Shown here one piece after another: positions 36,415 to 43,277 of a stretch of 43,277 bases of DNA; the stretch's first letter is position 1; each line of letters starts with the position of its first letter. Source of the DNA: an uncultured Eubacteriales bacterium (GTDB taxonomy: Bacteria > Acidobacteriota > Aminicenantia > Aminicenantales > Aminicenantaceae); the NCBI GenBank assembly GCA_964526905.1, contig CAZGMN010000002.1, forward strand, positions 1 to 43,277, given 5' to 3'. The translations under genes and the position numbers were made by a program. The notes under the pieces are model-generated. The model did no database searches. It saw nothing but the letters and a program-made list of their open reading frames with translations, and was not told where the DNA came from.

Positions 36415-38820
36415 TTAAGGATTTTTACTCAACTCTTTTATCTTCTTAGCGACATCTCTGTATTCTGAATCCAAATTTTTTATCTCATTATAGATCGTCA
36501 GGGCTTTATCCATCTCCTTCAACTCTTCATAACATGAAGCCAATTCATATTTCAAAGCAAGAGACAGATTGAAGTCCTTTTCACTAAGCTTCAAGGCCTT
36601 CTCCAGCCAATTGAGAGCCTCCTGAAAATTTTTCTTCTTCCTGTAACAATTGCTGATCAAACTGTAACATTCCACGCTGGGGCTACTCTCCATTGAGGCC
36701 AACTTGAATTCCTCGATAGCGTCATCGAGCAGATCTTGCTCCAGAAAAGCAATTCCCAGGTTAAAGTGGCTTTCATAGTCTTTCTTATCAACGCTTTTTT
36801 CCACGCCTTTTTTAAATTCGCTAACTATATCTGAGAGGCTTTTCTCAACAGTCGTTGTACTTCCCTTTAGCTGAAGCTTGAAGATGGTGCTGATGGCTTC
36901 CAACTCCTCCTCAATTCTTTCTGCTGATTCATAAAATTTCTTTCCGTCTTCGGGAAAGGCGACTGGACTGACCTCTGTTTCAGCAAAAATCTCCGCTGCC
37001 GAAATCTTTTCCTCTTCCTCTTCTTTTGCCGCTTGAATTTTCTTCTTGAAAAGCCTGGTCTCCTTTTTAGCCACTCTTTCGACTTTCTCAAGAATTTCAT
37101 CCACTTTCGCCGGAGCGCTGACATCTTTTAAGGATGCAAGCTTCTCTCCGATTCTGGGGTTGTTTGGAAACTGGAACCTCAAATTCTCCAGAATTCTCCT
37201 TGCGTTCCTTATCAATCCCTGTTCCAGATACAAATCGGCCTGAGCCAAGTTCATCTCCAACATCTCGGGCGAACCTTCTTCAAACTCCAGAGGCTTCTGG
37301 GTGATTATGGTTTCCGGAGCCTTTTCACCTTCCTCCACTTCCTCTGCCTTGGCAGCAGGCTCCTCAATTCTTATTTCCGTCCCGCGAAAACTTTGGGGTT
37401 TGACCTCTTCCTTTATTTCCTCTTTAACTTCTGCCTTGACTTCTTTTTCCTCAACGACCGGGATCTCGGGCTCTCGTGCTTCAGCAACTGGCACCTCGGC
37501 TTCTTCCCCTCTCTTGATTTCTGCAGGCTTCTCTATCTCTTTGAAGATCGGCTCTTCAATTTTTCTTTCAGCTTGAGGAGGGCTCTCGACTTTTTTCTCT
37601 TCCTTCGCCTCCCCTTCTCTCTTTATTTCTTCCTTGAGAACTTCGACTTTCCCCTTTAAGCGTTTGTATTCAGAGCTTAGCTCTTTGTCCTGAGGGCAAA
37701 GCTCAACAAGCTCTGTTAAGACCGAAAGGGCCTTATCCCGCAAATTTTTCTCGTTATACTCTTCGTAAAGAACCCGGCATGCAATCTGCAGATTCTCTTT
37801 TTGTTTGCCCAATCTGTAAATGGAAGTTAATTTCTCAAGAGTGGGAAGGTGCACTTCTTTGGAGGAGAGAATGAGCCCTAAGAGACCGATGGCTTTCCCG
37901 ATTTTCTGCTTCTTGATTAAAATATCAACTAAAGGCTCATAAGACTCGTAGGCACGATTGAGATTGTTATGAAAGATAGCAATCTTTCCCAGCTTGACTC
38001 TTGCGTCCACATCTTTTGGCCGCAGAGAGACGATCCTGAGGAACATCTCATCAGCTTTTTTAAAATCTTGATTTTCAAAATAAATGTCTCCCAAGATCCT
38101 GAGGGCCTTGATGTTGCTTCCGTCTTTTTTCAGAATATTATTGACAAGGCTAAAGGCTTCATCTTTCTTATCTTCTTTTTTGAGCACATCAATGAGATTG
38201 GCCAATGTCCTCCAGTGGTCCTCTTTAATTTTTCTTGCCTGGTTGAGCACTTTATGAGCCTCTTCAAAGGCATTAGAACGAATATTGAATTCAGCAATTT
38301 CATTGAGCAGCTCCACGGCCTGATCGGTTGACCTTTCCTTCATGTAGAGCTCGGCAAGAGTCTGTTTGACTTGGACATCCCTCTTATCCAATTTCATGAC
38401 TTTCTCGTAGAGAGAGATGGCTTCTTTGGCGCGGTTGTTCTTCTTGAGGTCCTTGCCAACTTTTAGATATTCCGCCTTGGCTTCAGAGAGATATCCTTGA
38501 TTGAAGTAAAGGTCAGCCAATTTCTTGGTGGCTTCGACGTTTTCAGGGTCGATTTTATTTATTTTCTTATAAACAGCCATTGACTGGGAGTAAAGTCCTC
38601 TTTCATCATAAAAGCCAGCAATGATGTTGAGCTCTTCAATCGCCTTGTTTTTCTGCTCCAATTTCAAATAGATGTCGCTGATGATATTGCGGAAATTGAT
38701 ATCCTGGGCGCTTCCAGAGATGAGTTTTCTGTATTCGTTGATGGCATCGTGGAGTTTGCCTTTTTTGATATATTTTTCAGCAAGCTCTATCGTTTTTGTT
38801 TTTTCTTTTTCAGAGCTCAT
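36415..38820 (-). CDS. Large cytoplasmic TPR-repeat protein with a central Glu/Lys/Pro-rich linker
   Basis: 801 aa with no signal peptide or TM. TPR-like repeats occupy residues ~1-390 and ~520-800. A low-complexity acidic/basic segment occupies ~395-510. Its start lies 1 nt after the rnhB stop. Confidence 0.8.
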   Translation of the reverse strand: MSSEKEKTKTIELAEKYIKKGKLHDAINEYRKLISGSAQDINFRNIISDIYLKLEQKNKAIEELNIIAGFYDERGLYSQSMAVYKKINKIDPENVEATKKLADLYFNQGYLSEAKAEYLKVGKDLKKNNRAKEAISLYEKVMKLDKRDVQVKQTLAELYMKERSTDQAVELLNEIAEFNIRSNAFEEAHKVLNQARKIKEDHWRTLANLIDVLKKEDKKDEAFSLVNNILKKDGSNIKALRILGDIYFENQDFKKADEMFLRIVSLRPKDVDARVKLGKIAIFHNNLNRAYESYEPLVDILIKKQKIGKAIGLLGLILSSKEVHLPTLEKLTSIYRLGKQKENLQIACRVLYEEYNEKNLRDKALSVLTELVELCPQDKELSSEYKRLKGKVEVLKEEIKREGEAKEEKKVESPPQAERKIEEPIFKEIEKPAEIKRGEEAEVPVAEAREPEIPVVEEKEVKAEVKEEIKEEVKPQSFRGTEIRIEEPAAKAEEVEEGEKAPETIITQKPLEFEEGSPEMLEMNLAQADLYLEQGLIRNARRILENLRFQFPNNPRIGEKLASLKDVSAPAKVDEILEKVERVAKKETRLFKKKIQAAKEEEEEKISAAEIFAETEVSPVAFPEDGKKFYESAERIEEELEAISTIFKLQLKGSTTTVEKSLSDIVSEFKKGVEKSVDKKDYESHFNLGIAFLEQDLLDDAIEEFKLASMESSPSVECYSLISNCYRKKKNFQEALNWLEKALKLSEKDFNLSLALKYELASCYEELKEMDKALTIYNEIKNLDSEYRDVAKKIKELSKNP

Positions 38821-38821
38821 C

Positions 38822-39448
38822 TTATTCGCCTCTGAGATTAAAACTCAGCCTGTGGAACAATGTGGCCCCCTTCTCTTTCAGGGCGTGGTAATGGTCTTTT
38901 GTTCCATACCCTTTATTTTTAGAGAGAAAATATCCATCAAAAAAGTGGTCCATGTGCATCATCATTTCATCTCTCAAAACCTTGGCGACTATCGAAGCTG
39001 CGGCGATTGTTATACTCTTTCTATCACCTTTGCGGATACTCTTCTGAGGATAATTTACATTATTTAATCCAAATCCGTCAACCAAGACAAAATCAGGACT
39101 TATGCTCAAATTCTCGACTGCTCGTCTCATGGCCTTCATCGAAGCCCAATAGATATTTTCTTGATCAATCTCAAAATTCGTGGCAAAGCCTATTCCCACC
39201 GAAGTGGCATTGGCCAAAATGACCTTAGCCAGCTTTCTTCTTTTTGGGGGCGAGATGAGCTTGGAATCATCAATCTCCCTTATCCATCCTTTTAATCCTC
39301 GTCTTATCAACTCTTCAGAGAGGATAACGGCCGCAGCAACGACCGGGCCGAAAAGTGCTCCTCTGCCCACTTCATCGACCCCTGCAATCAGCCTGTATCC
39401 TTCCCTCATCATCCTCTTCTCAATCCGAAAATCAGCCATCTCTGTCAC
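38822..39448 (-). CDS. rnhB: Ribonuclease HII
   Basis: IAGVDEVGRGALFGPVVAAAV and DDSKLISPPKRR are canonical RNase HII motifs. The ORF opens at a GTG (39448). The ATG at 39439 (MADFRIEK) is an equally good start. Confidence 0.92.
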   Translation of the reverse strand: MTEMADFRIEKRMMREGYRLIAGVDEVGRGALFGPVVAAAVILSEELIRRGLKGWIREIDDSKLISPPKRRKLAKVILANATSVGIGFATNFEIDQENIYWASMKAMRRAVENLSISPDFVLVDGFGLNNVNYPQKSIRKGDRKSITIAAASIVAKVLRDEMMMHMDHFFDGYFLSKNKGYGTKDHYHALKEKGATLFHRLSFNLRGE

Positions 39449-39527
39449 TCTTTGCTAAGCAAAGCATCCCCAAATCCGTTGTATGAACTGGATCAGGCTG
39501 GGTGTTTAAGAAAACCATGACCTATCT

Positions 39528-39869
39528 CTATTTTTGTTCCTTGAGCCTTGAGGCTTTACCCTGAATATGACGAAGATAATACAGCTTGGCTCTCCTGACT
39601 TTTCTCTGTTTTTCAACCTCAACTTTTTTGATCATCTTAGAATGAAGAGGAAAAATTCTCTCAACCCCTACTCCGAAAGAAACCTTTCTGACAGTGAAAG
39701 TTGCTCCCAAGCCAGAACCTCTTTTGGCAATGACTTCGCCACGAAAAATCTGAACCCTCTCTTTATCTCCTTCCTTGATGATAGCATGAACACTGACCTT
39801 GTCTCCCACCCTAAAAGCATCCCTTCCTCTTTTTAGCTCTTTTTCCTCGACCAAATCAATCAGATTCAT
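39528..39869 (-). CDS. rplS: 50S ribosomal protein L19
   Basis: 113 aa. [44 protein letters not shown]. Confidence 0.95.
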   Translation of the reverse strand: MNLIDLVEEKELKRGRDAFRVGDKVSVHAIIKEGDKERVQIFRGEVIAKRGSGLGATFTVRKVSFGVGVERIFPLHSKMIKKVEVEKQRKVRRAKLYYLRHIQGKASRLKEQK

Positions 39870-40603
39870 CTTCCTTTCCTTTCCAATTTTATTCCCCTCA
39901 GGATCTTTCTCTCCTCTGGAGATAATCTTCGATTATGGAGAAGATCTGACCTTAAAAGCCATGTCTTCTCCATGGATTTTATTTTTCTCCAAGAAGAAAT
40001 CTTGTTATGGTTTCCTGAGAAAAGCACTTCAGGAACTTTCATCCCTTTAAAATCTCTCGGCCTTGTGTATTGAGGAAAATCCAGCGTGCCCTTGAAAAAA
40101 GAATCATCTCTAACCGACTCTGCCTTACCCACCACACCGGGGATAAACCTGGAAACAGCGTCAACGACGACGATCGCGGCCGGCTCTCCTCCGGTGAGAA
40201 TGTAATCTCCGATAGAGATTTCGCCCGTAACCAGATATTGAATCACTCTCTCGTCGACTCCCTCATAGCGGCCGCAGATAAGAATGAGTTGAGAATGTTG
40301 CGCCAGTTCCTCTGCAAAACGAAAATCGAACCTCCTTCCCTGGGGCGAAAGGAGGTAAACAGGAGCTTTTTTTGTTTGTTTGATGCGCTTGACTGCGGCA
40401 AAGATAGGCTCGGGCTTCAAAACCATCCCTTGGCTGCCACCAAAAGGTCGGTCGTCAACCTGCCTGTGCTTGTCCAAAGTGAAATCCCTCAAATCGTGGA
40501 TATGTATTTCTATTAAGCCCTTTCCCAGGGCTTGCTTTATAATTCCTCCTGAAAATACGCTCCCGAAAATGCCGGGAAATATTGTGATTATATCAAATCT
40601 CAT
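39866..40603 (-). CDS. trmD: tRNA (guanine37-N1)-methyltransferase
   Basis: 245 aa. [13 protein letters not shown]..., [40 protein letters not shown]. Confidence 0.95.
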   Translation of the reverse strand: MRFDIITIFPGIFGSVFSGGIIKQALGKGLIEIHIHDLRDFTLDKHRQVDDRPFGGSQGMVLKPEPIFAAVKRIKQTKKAPVYLLSPQGRRFDFRFAEELAQHSQLILICGRYEGVDERVIQYLVTGEISIGDYILTGGEPAAIVVVDAVSRFIPGVVGKAESVRDDSFFKGTLDFPQYTRPRDFKGMKVPEVLFSGNHNKISSWRKIKSMEKTWLLRSDLLHNRRLSPEERKILRGIKLERKGR

Positions 40604-41100
40604 TCAAATCTGAAAGGCCTTGAGGAAGATCGACCACTATCTCTCTTCGCTCGAGGCTGACCTCAAGACAAATAGGCGCGGCAAAGGGAATAAGGATTTC
40701 CTTCTTACCCTTTCGAACAACAAGAAGTTCATTCTCTCTTATCGGCCACAGGTCTCGAACGACTCCGACTTTCTCTCCATTTGTCTTAACGACTGAGCAG
40801 CCGATTATCTGGAAATAATAGAAGTGACCATCTTCTAAAGCTCGAAGCTCCTTTTCGGGTAAAAAGACCTCCCCGCCGACCAATTCGAGTGCTTGAGCGA
40901 GGGAGTCAACCTCCTTCAGCTTAAGGATATAATCCTTTTTATAGGGCCGAAGAGACTCGACTTGAGATTCCTGGAAAGTCTCCTCTTTTTTAAGAAATAC
41001 CCGTGAAAAAAAAAAGCACTGAAGAGTGTTTCCAATAAGGTCTAAGCCTTAATTCACCCCTTCTCCCCTGACTTTTGATTATTTTTCCGATGCTGACCAA
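40593..41100 (-). pseudogene. rimM: 16S rRNA processing protein RimM, interrupted by a 1-nt frameshift in an A10 (coding-strand T10) tract
   Basis: The N-terminal frame from the TTG at 41100 reads LVSIGKIIKSQGRRGELRLRPYWKHSSVLFFFTGIS*, with its stop at 40990-40992. The C-terminal frame is open from 41048 and reads ...FFFSRVFLKKEETFQESQVESLRPYKKDYILKLKEVDSLAQALELVGGEVFLPEKELRALEDGHFYYFQIIGCSV..., covering the end of the RimM domain and the PRC barrel. The two frames meet in the homopolymer at 41006-41015. Removing one base gives a 168-aa RimM. Confidence 0.85.
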
Positions 41101-41101
41101 A

Positions 41102-41338
41102 CTACCCTTTTTCAATGATTTCGAGGTTAAATCTCCTTTTCAGCTTCATTCCAGCCGCACCGAGAATAATTCTTATCGCCCGTGCTGTTCTCCCCTGTTT
41201 CCCGATAACCTTGCCCAAATCTTCCGGAGCAACCTTGAGTTCCAGAATCGTAGTCTGCTCCCCTTCTAATTGGGAAACCTGTACTTTTTCTGGATTGTCA
41301 ACCAGTGATTTGGCAATCAATTCTACAAGTTCTTTCAC
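41102..41338 (-). CDS. KH-domain RNA-binding protein (YlqC/UPF0109 family)
   Basis: 78 aa. [26 protein letters not shown] contains the GxxG KH motif. It occupies the conserved slot between rpsP and rimM. Confidence 0.85.
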   Translation of the reverse strand: MKELVELIAKSLVDNPEKVQVSQLEGEQTTILELKVAPEDLGKVIGKQGRTARAIRIILGAAGMKLKRRFNLEIIEKG

Positions 41339-41350
41339 GGTAACCTCCTT

Positions 41351-41614
41351 TTAAGAATCTTGATTGGAAAGTTTCTCAGGCTTGGAAACTCTATGTAAAA
41401 GAGACTGAACTGTTCTAGAAGCATGAGCTCCTCTCTTCAGCCAGTAATTCGCTTTCTCAAGATCAACCTTGACCTCAGGGGGCTCTTTTAAAGGATTATA
41501 ATACCCGATAATCTCCTTGGGTTTGCTCTGCCTTGACCTCCTCGAGTCGATGACGATGATCCGATAGAAAGGTTTTTTCTTTGCTCCGAGCCTTTTCAAC
41601 CGTATGGAAATCAT
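41351..41614 (-). CDS. rpsP: 30S ribosomal protein S16
   Basis: 87 aa. MISIRLKRLGAKKKPFYRIIVIDSRRSR...IGYYNPL. Confidence 0.95.
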   Translation of the reverse strand: MISIRLKRLGAKKKPFYRIIVIDSRRSRQSKPKEIIGYYNPLKEPPEVKVDLEKANYWLKRGAHASRTVQSLLHRVSKPEKLSNQDS

Positions 41615-41643
41615 TTTTCATCCATTTTTTTGAATAGGAAAAG

Positions 41644-41672
41644 ATAATATCGAAAATTTCATCCTAAGTCAA
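41644..41672 (-). promoter_or_regulatory. Candidate internal sigma-70 promoter for rpsP and downstream genes
   Basis: The minus strand reads TTGACT (41672-67)-N17-TATTAT (41649-44), in the 95-nt ffh-rpsP spacer. Confidence 0.45.
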
Positions 41673-41709
41673 CCCATTGAAAACATTTCTTTTTTGAAGA
41701 CCAGACTAT

Positions 41710-43041
41710 TTAGTGCGGGATGGGGAGCGAAGAGAGAATCTTCTGGAGGTGGGATTTTTTCAACATTTTTTTCATCTCAAAAAATTGCTTCAGCAGCTGG
41801 TTGACCTCCGAAACCGGCCTTCCGCTCCCTCTGGCGACTCTTAAACGCCGATTTCCAGAGATGATTTTTGGATTTTCTCTCTCTTTCATAGTCATCGAGT
41901 TGATGATGGCCTCATAATGGACGACTTTCCGATCATCAATCTTCATTTTGGAGACATTCTTGAACGGCCCACCCTCAGGCAACAGGCCCAAGAACTGGGA
42001 AAGGTTCCCCATCTTCTTCATCTGAACGAGCTGCTTTCTAAAATCATCAAGAGTGAACTCTTGCCTGCGAAGCTTGCGGGCAAGTGCTTCTGCTTCTTCT
42101 AAATCAGCCTCGCTCTCGGCCTTCTCGACCAGGCTCAGGATATCCCCCATGCCGAGTATCCGGGAAGCCATGCGGTCAGGGTGGAAGACTTCAAGTTTGT
42201 CTAATTTTTCGCCCAACCCGACAAACTTTATCGGTTTGCCTGTGACTGAGGCAATGGAAAGGGCCGCTCCTCCCCTGGCATCTCCATCAAGCTTGGTCAA
42301 GATGATGGAAGTCAGGCCAATCTTTTCGTCAAAGGTTTGAGCACTTTTAACGGCATCCTGTCCGGTCATTGAATCTGCGACATAGATGGTTTCTGTGGGG
42401 TGGAGAATGTCCCTCACCATCCTCAGTTCTTCCATCAGCTCTTCATCCACATGGAGTCTTCCTGCCGTATCGACGATAAGAGGGTCATGGCCATGGTTGG
42501 AAGCATACTTGACCAATTCCCTCAGTGCTTCAGATGGCGAAGACATTTGTCCTTTTGTCATCTCATAGCAGGGGAGTTTGACCATTTGGGCAATCATCTC
42601 CAACTGTTCTTGGGCAGCCGGTCTCTTAAGGTCGAAGGAGACGAGAAGAGGATTCTTTTGAATGCTCAAAACCCATTTGGCAAGCTTCCCGCAAGTCGTC
42701 GTTTTCCCAGATCCCTGAAGTCCGACCAAGATGAAGATTGAAGGGGGACGGCTGGAGAATTTCAGTTTTTCTGACGCTTGGCCCAAGATAAAAGTCAGCT
42801 CGTCTCGAACTATCTTTATGACCTGCTGAGCAGGAGTGAGGCTCAAAAGGACCTTTTGGTCTAAGGCCTTGACTCTAATCCTTTCCTCCAATTCCTTGAC
42901 AACACGAAAGTTTACGTCAGCTTCGAGCAGGGCAAGACGCATCATCTTCAGAGCTTCTGTCATATTTTTTTCAGTAATCTTGCCTTCTCCGCGGAGAAAT
43001 TTTGCAATCTTCTGAAAGCGGCTTGACAGTTGTTCGAGCAT
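41710..43041 (-). CDS. ffh: Signal recognition particle protein Ffh
   Basis: 443 aa. The NG domain has GLQGSGKTTT, DTAGR and TKLDGDARGG. The M domain is Met-rich. A GAGGAG RBS lies 3 nt upstream of the ATG. Confidence 0.95.
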   Translation of the reverse strand: MLEQLSSRFQKIAKFLRGEGKITEKNMTEALKMMRLALLEADVNFRVVKELEERIRVKALDQKVLLSLTPAQQVIKIVRDELTFILGQASEKLKFSSRPPSIFILVGLQGSGKTTTCGKLAKWVLSIQKNPLLVSFDLKRPAAQEQLEMIAQMVKLPCYEMTKGQMSSPSEALRELVKYASNHGHDPLIVDTAGRLHVDEELMEELRMVRDILHPTETIYVADSMTGQDAVKSAQTFDEKIGLTSIILTKLDGDARGGAALSIASVTGKPIKFVGLGEKLDKLEVFHPDRMASRILGMGDILSLVEKAESEADLEEAEALARKLRRQEFTLDDFRKQLVQMKKMGNLSQFLGLLPEGGPFKNVSKMKIDDRKVVHYEAIINSMTMKERENPKIISGNRRLRVARGSGRPVSEVNQLLKQFFEMKKMLKKSHLQKILSSLPIPH

Positions 43042-43071
43042 CGTCTCCTCAGTAATTAATTGATATTCAAT

Positions 43072-43101
43072 ATTTTAAGTGAAACCTTCTCTTGAAGTCA
43101 A
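43072..43101 (-). promoter_or_regulatory. Candidate sigma-70 promoter for ffh
   Basis: The minus strand reads TTGACT (43101-096)-N18-TAAAAT (43077-072), ~30 nt upstream of the ffh ATG. Confidence 0.45.
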
Positions 43102-43277
43102 ATTTAACATTCCTTAATAAATATAAATTTGGCTTGCTTGTTTTCACTTAATTGACTCGGGAAGAATAAACAATTATTAACTTGTAATTCTCAGACAATT
43201 CTCTGGGAATTCTGAAAGACTTGACATTTCTTAACTTTGTTATTAAGGTATTACTAACTTTTTGATAAAAATTATGA

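Noticed and set aside
37270-37640. Repetitive-looking GAA/GAG/AAG-rich DNA in the middle of the TPR gene, checked as a possible tandem repeat or CRISPR-like array
   Set aside because: It is a low-complexity coding region for a Glu/Lys-rich linker, with no fixed repeat unit or spacer periodicity. No CRISPR-like repeat-spacer structure was seen anywhere in the window.
39450-39464. Palindrome CTTTGCT-A-AGCAAAG just upstream of the rnhB start
   Set aside because: As RNA it gives only a ~5-bp stem with a 5-nt loop and no U-tract. It may modulate rnhB translation, but the evidence is insufficient.
43221-43254. Plus-strand TTGACA at 43221-43226 near the right edge, a possible outward-facing promoter
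   Set aside because: No acceptable -10 hexamer lies at 16-19 nt spacing (TAAGGT at 17, TATTAA at 14), and the downstream gene is outside the window.

Overview
This 43.3-kb window is moderately AT-rich and densely coding. It appears to come from a Gram-negative-type bacterium: it has a secretin, IHF, a six-domain S1 protein and heavy sigma-54 usage. I cannot place the lineage from sequence alone. Most of the window is core housekeeping. On the minus strand, the ffh-rpsP-KH-rimM-trmD-rplS-rnhB operon runs on into an 801-aa TPR gene. On the plus strand lie an M50 protease-trpS-scpA-scpB unit and an ispH-rpsA-IHF-HIT unit, followed by acyl-CoA dehydrogenase, ppiD, an acyltransferase and iadA-nhaC.

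The less ordinary parts are:
1. A tightly overlapping 7-gene type IV filament operon (platform, ATPase, PilMNOP-like, secretin). It has no pilin, prepilin peptidase or PilT. Its secretin carries an N-terminal TPR lipoprotein region and a C-terminal cohesin-like module.
2. A divergent two-component pair: a PDZ/multi-TM/GAF/PAS histidine kinase and a sigma-54 response regulator. Downstream of it lies a GC-rich structured 153-nt element instead of a pilin gene.
3. A near-consensus sigma-54 promoter in front of a secreted, atypical M1-family metallopeptidase.
4. A 4-gene operon bounded by a promoter and a terminator, coupling a HydBC/NuoEF-type module and a truncated NuoG-like FeS protein to a stand-alone GltB-type FMN domain protein.
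5. A rimM gene split by a 1-nt frameshift inside an A10/T10 homopolymer.

I saw no CRISPR array, transposase, integrase, prophage or rRNA. The only tRNA is a partial tRNA-Met at the left edge. All domain calls come from reading motifs by eye. No searches, HMMs or folding programs were run.
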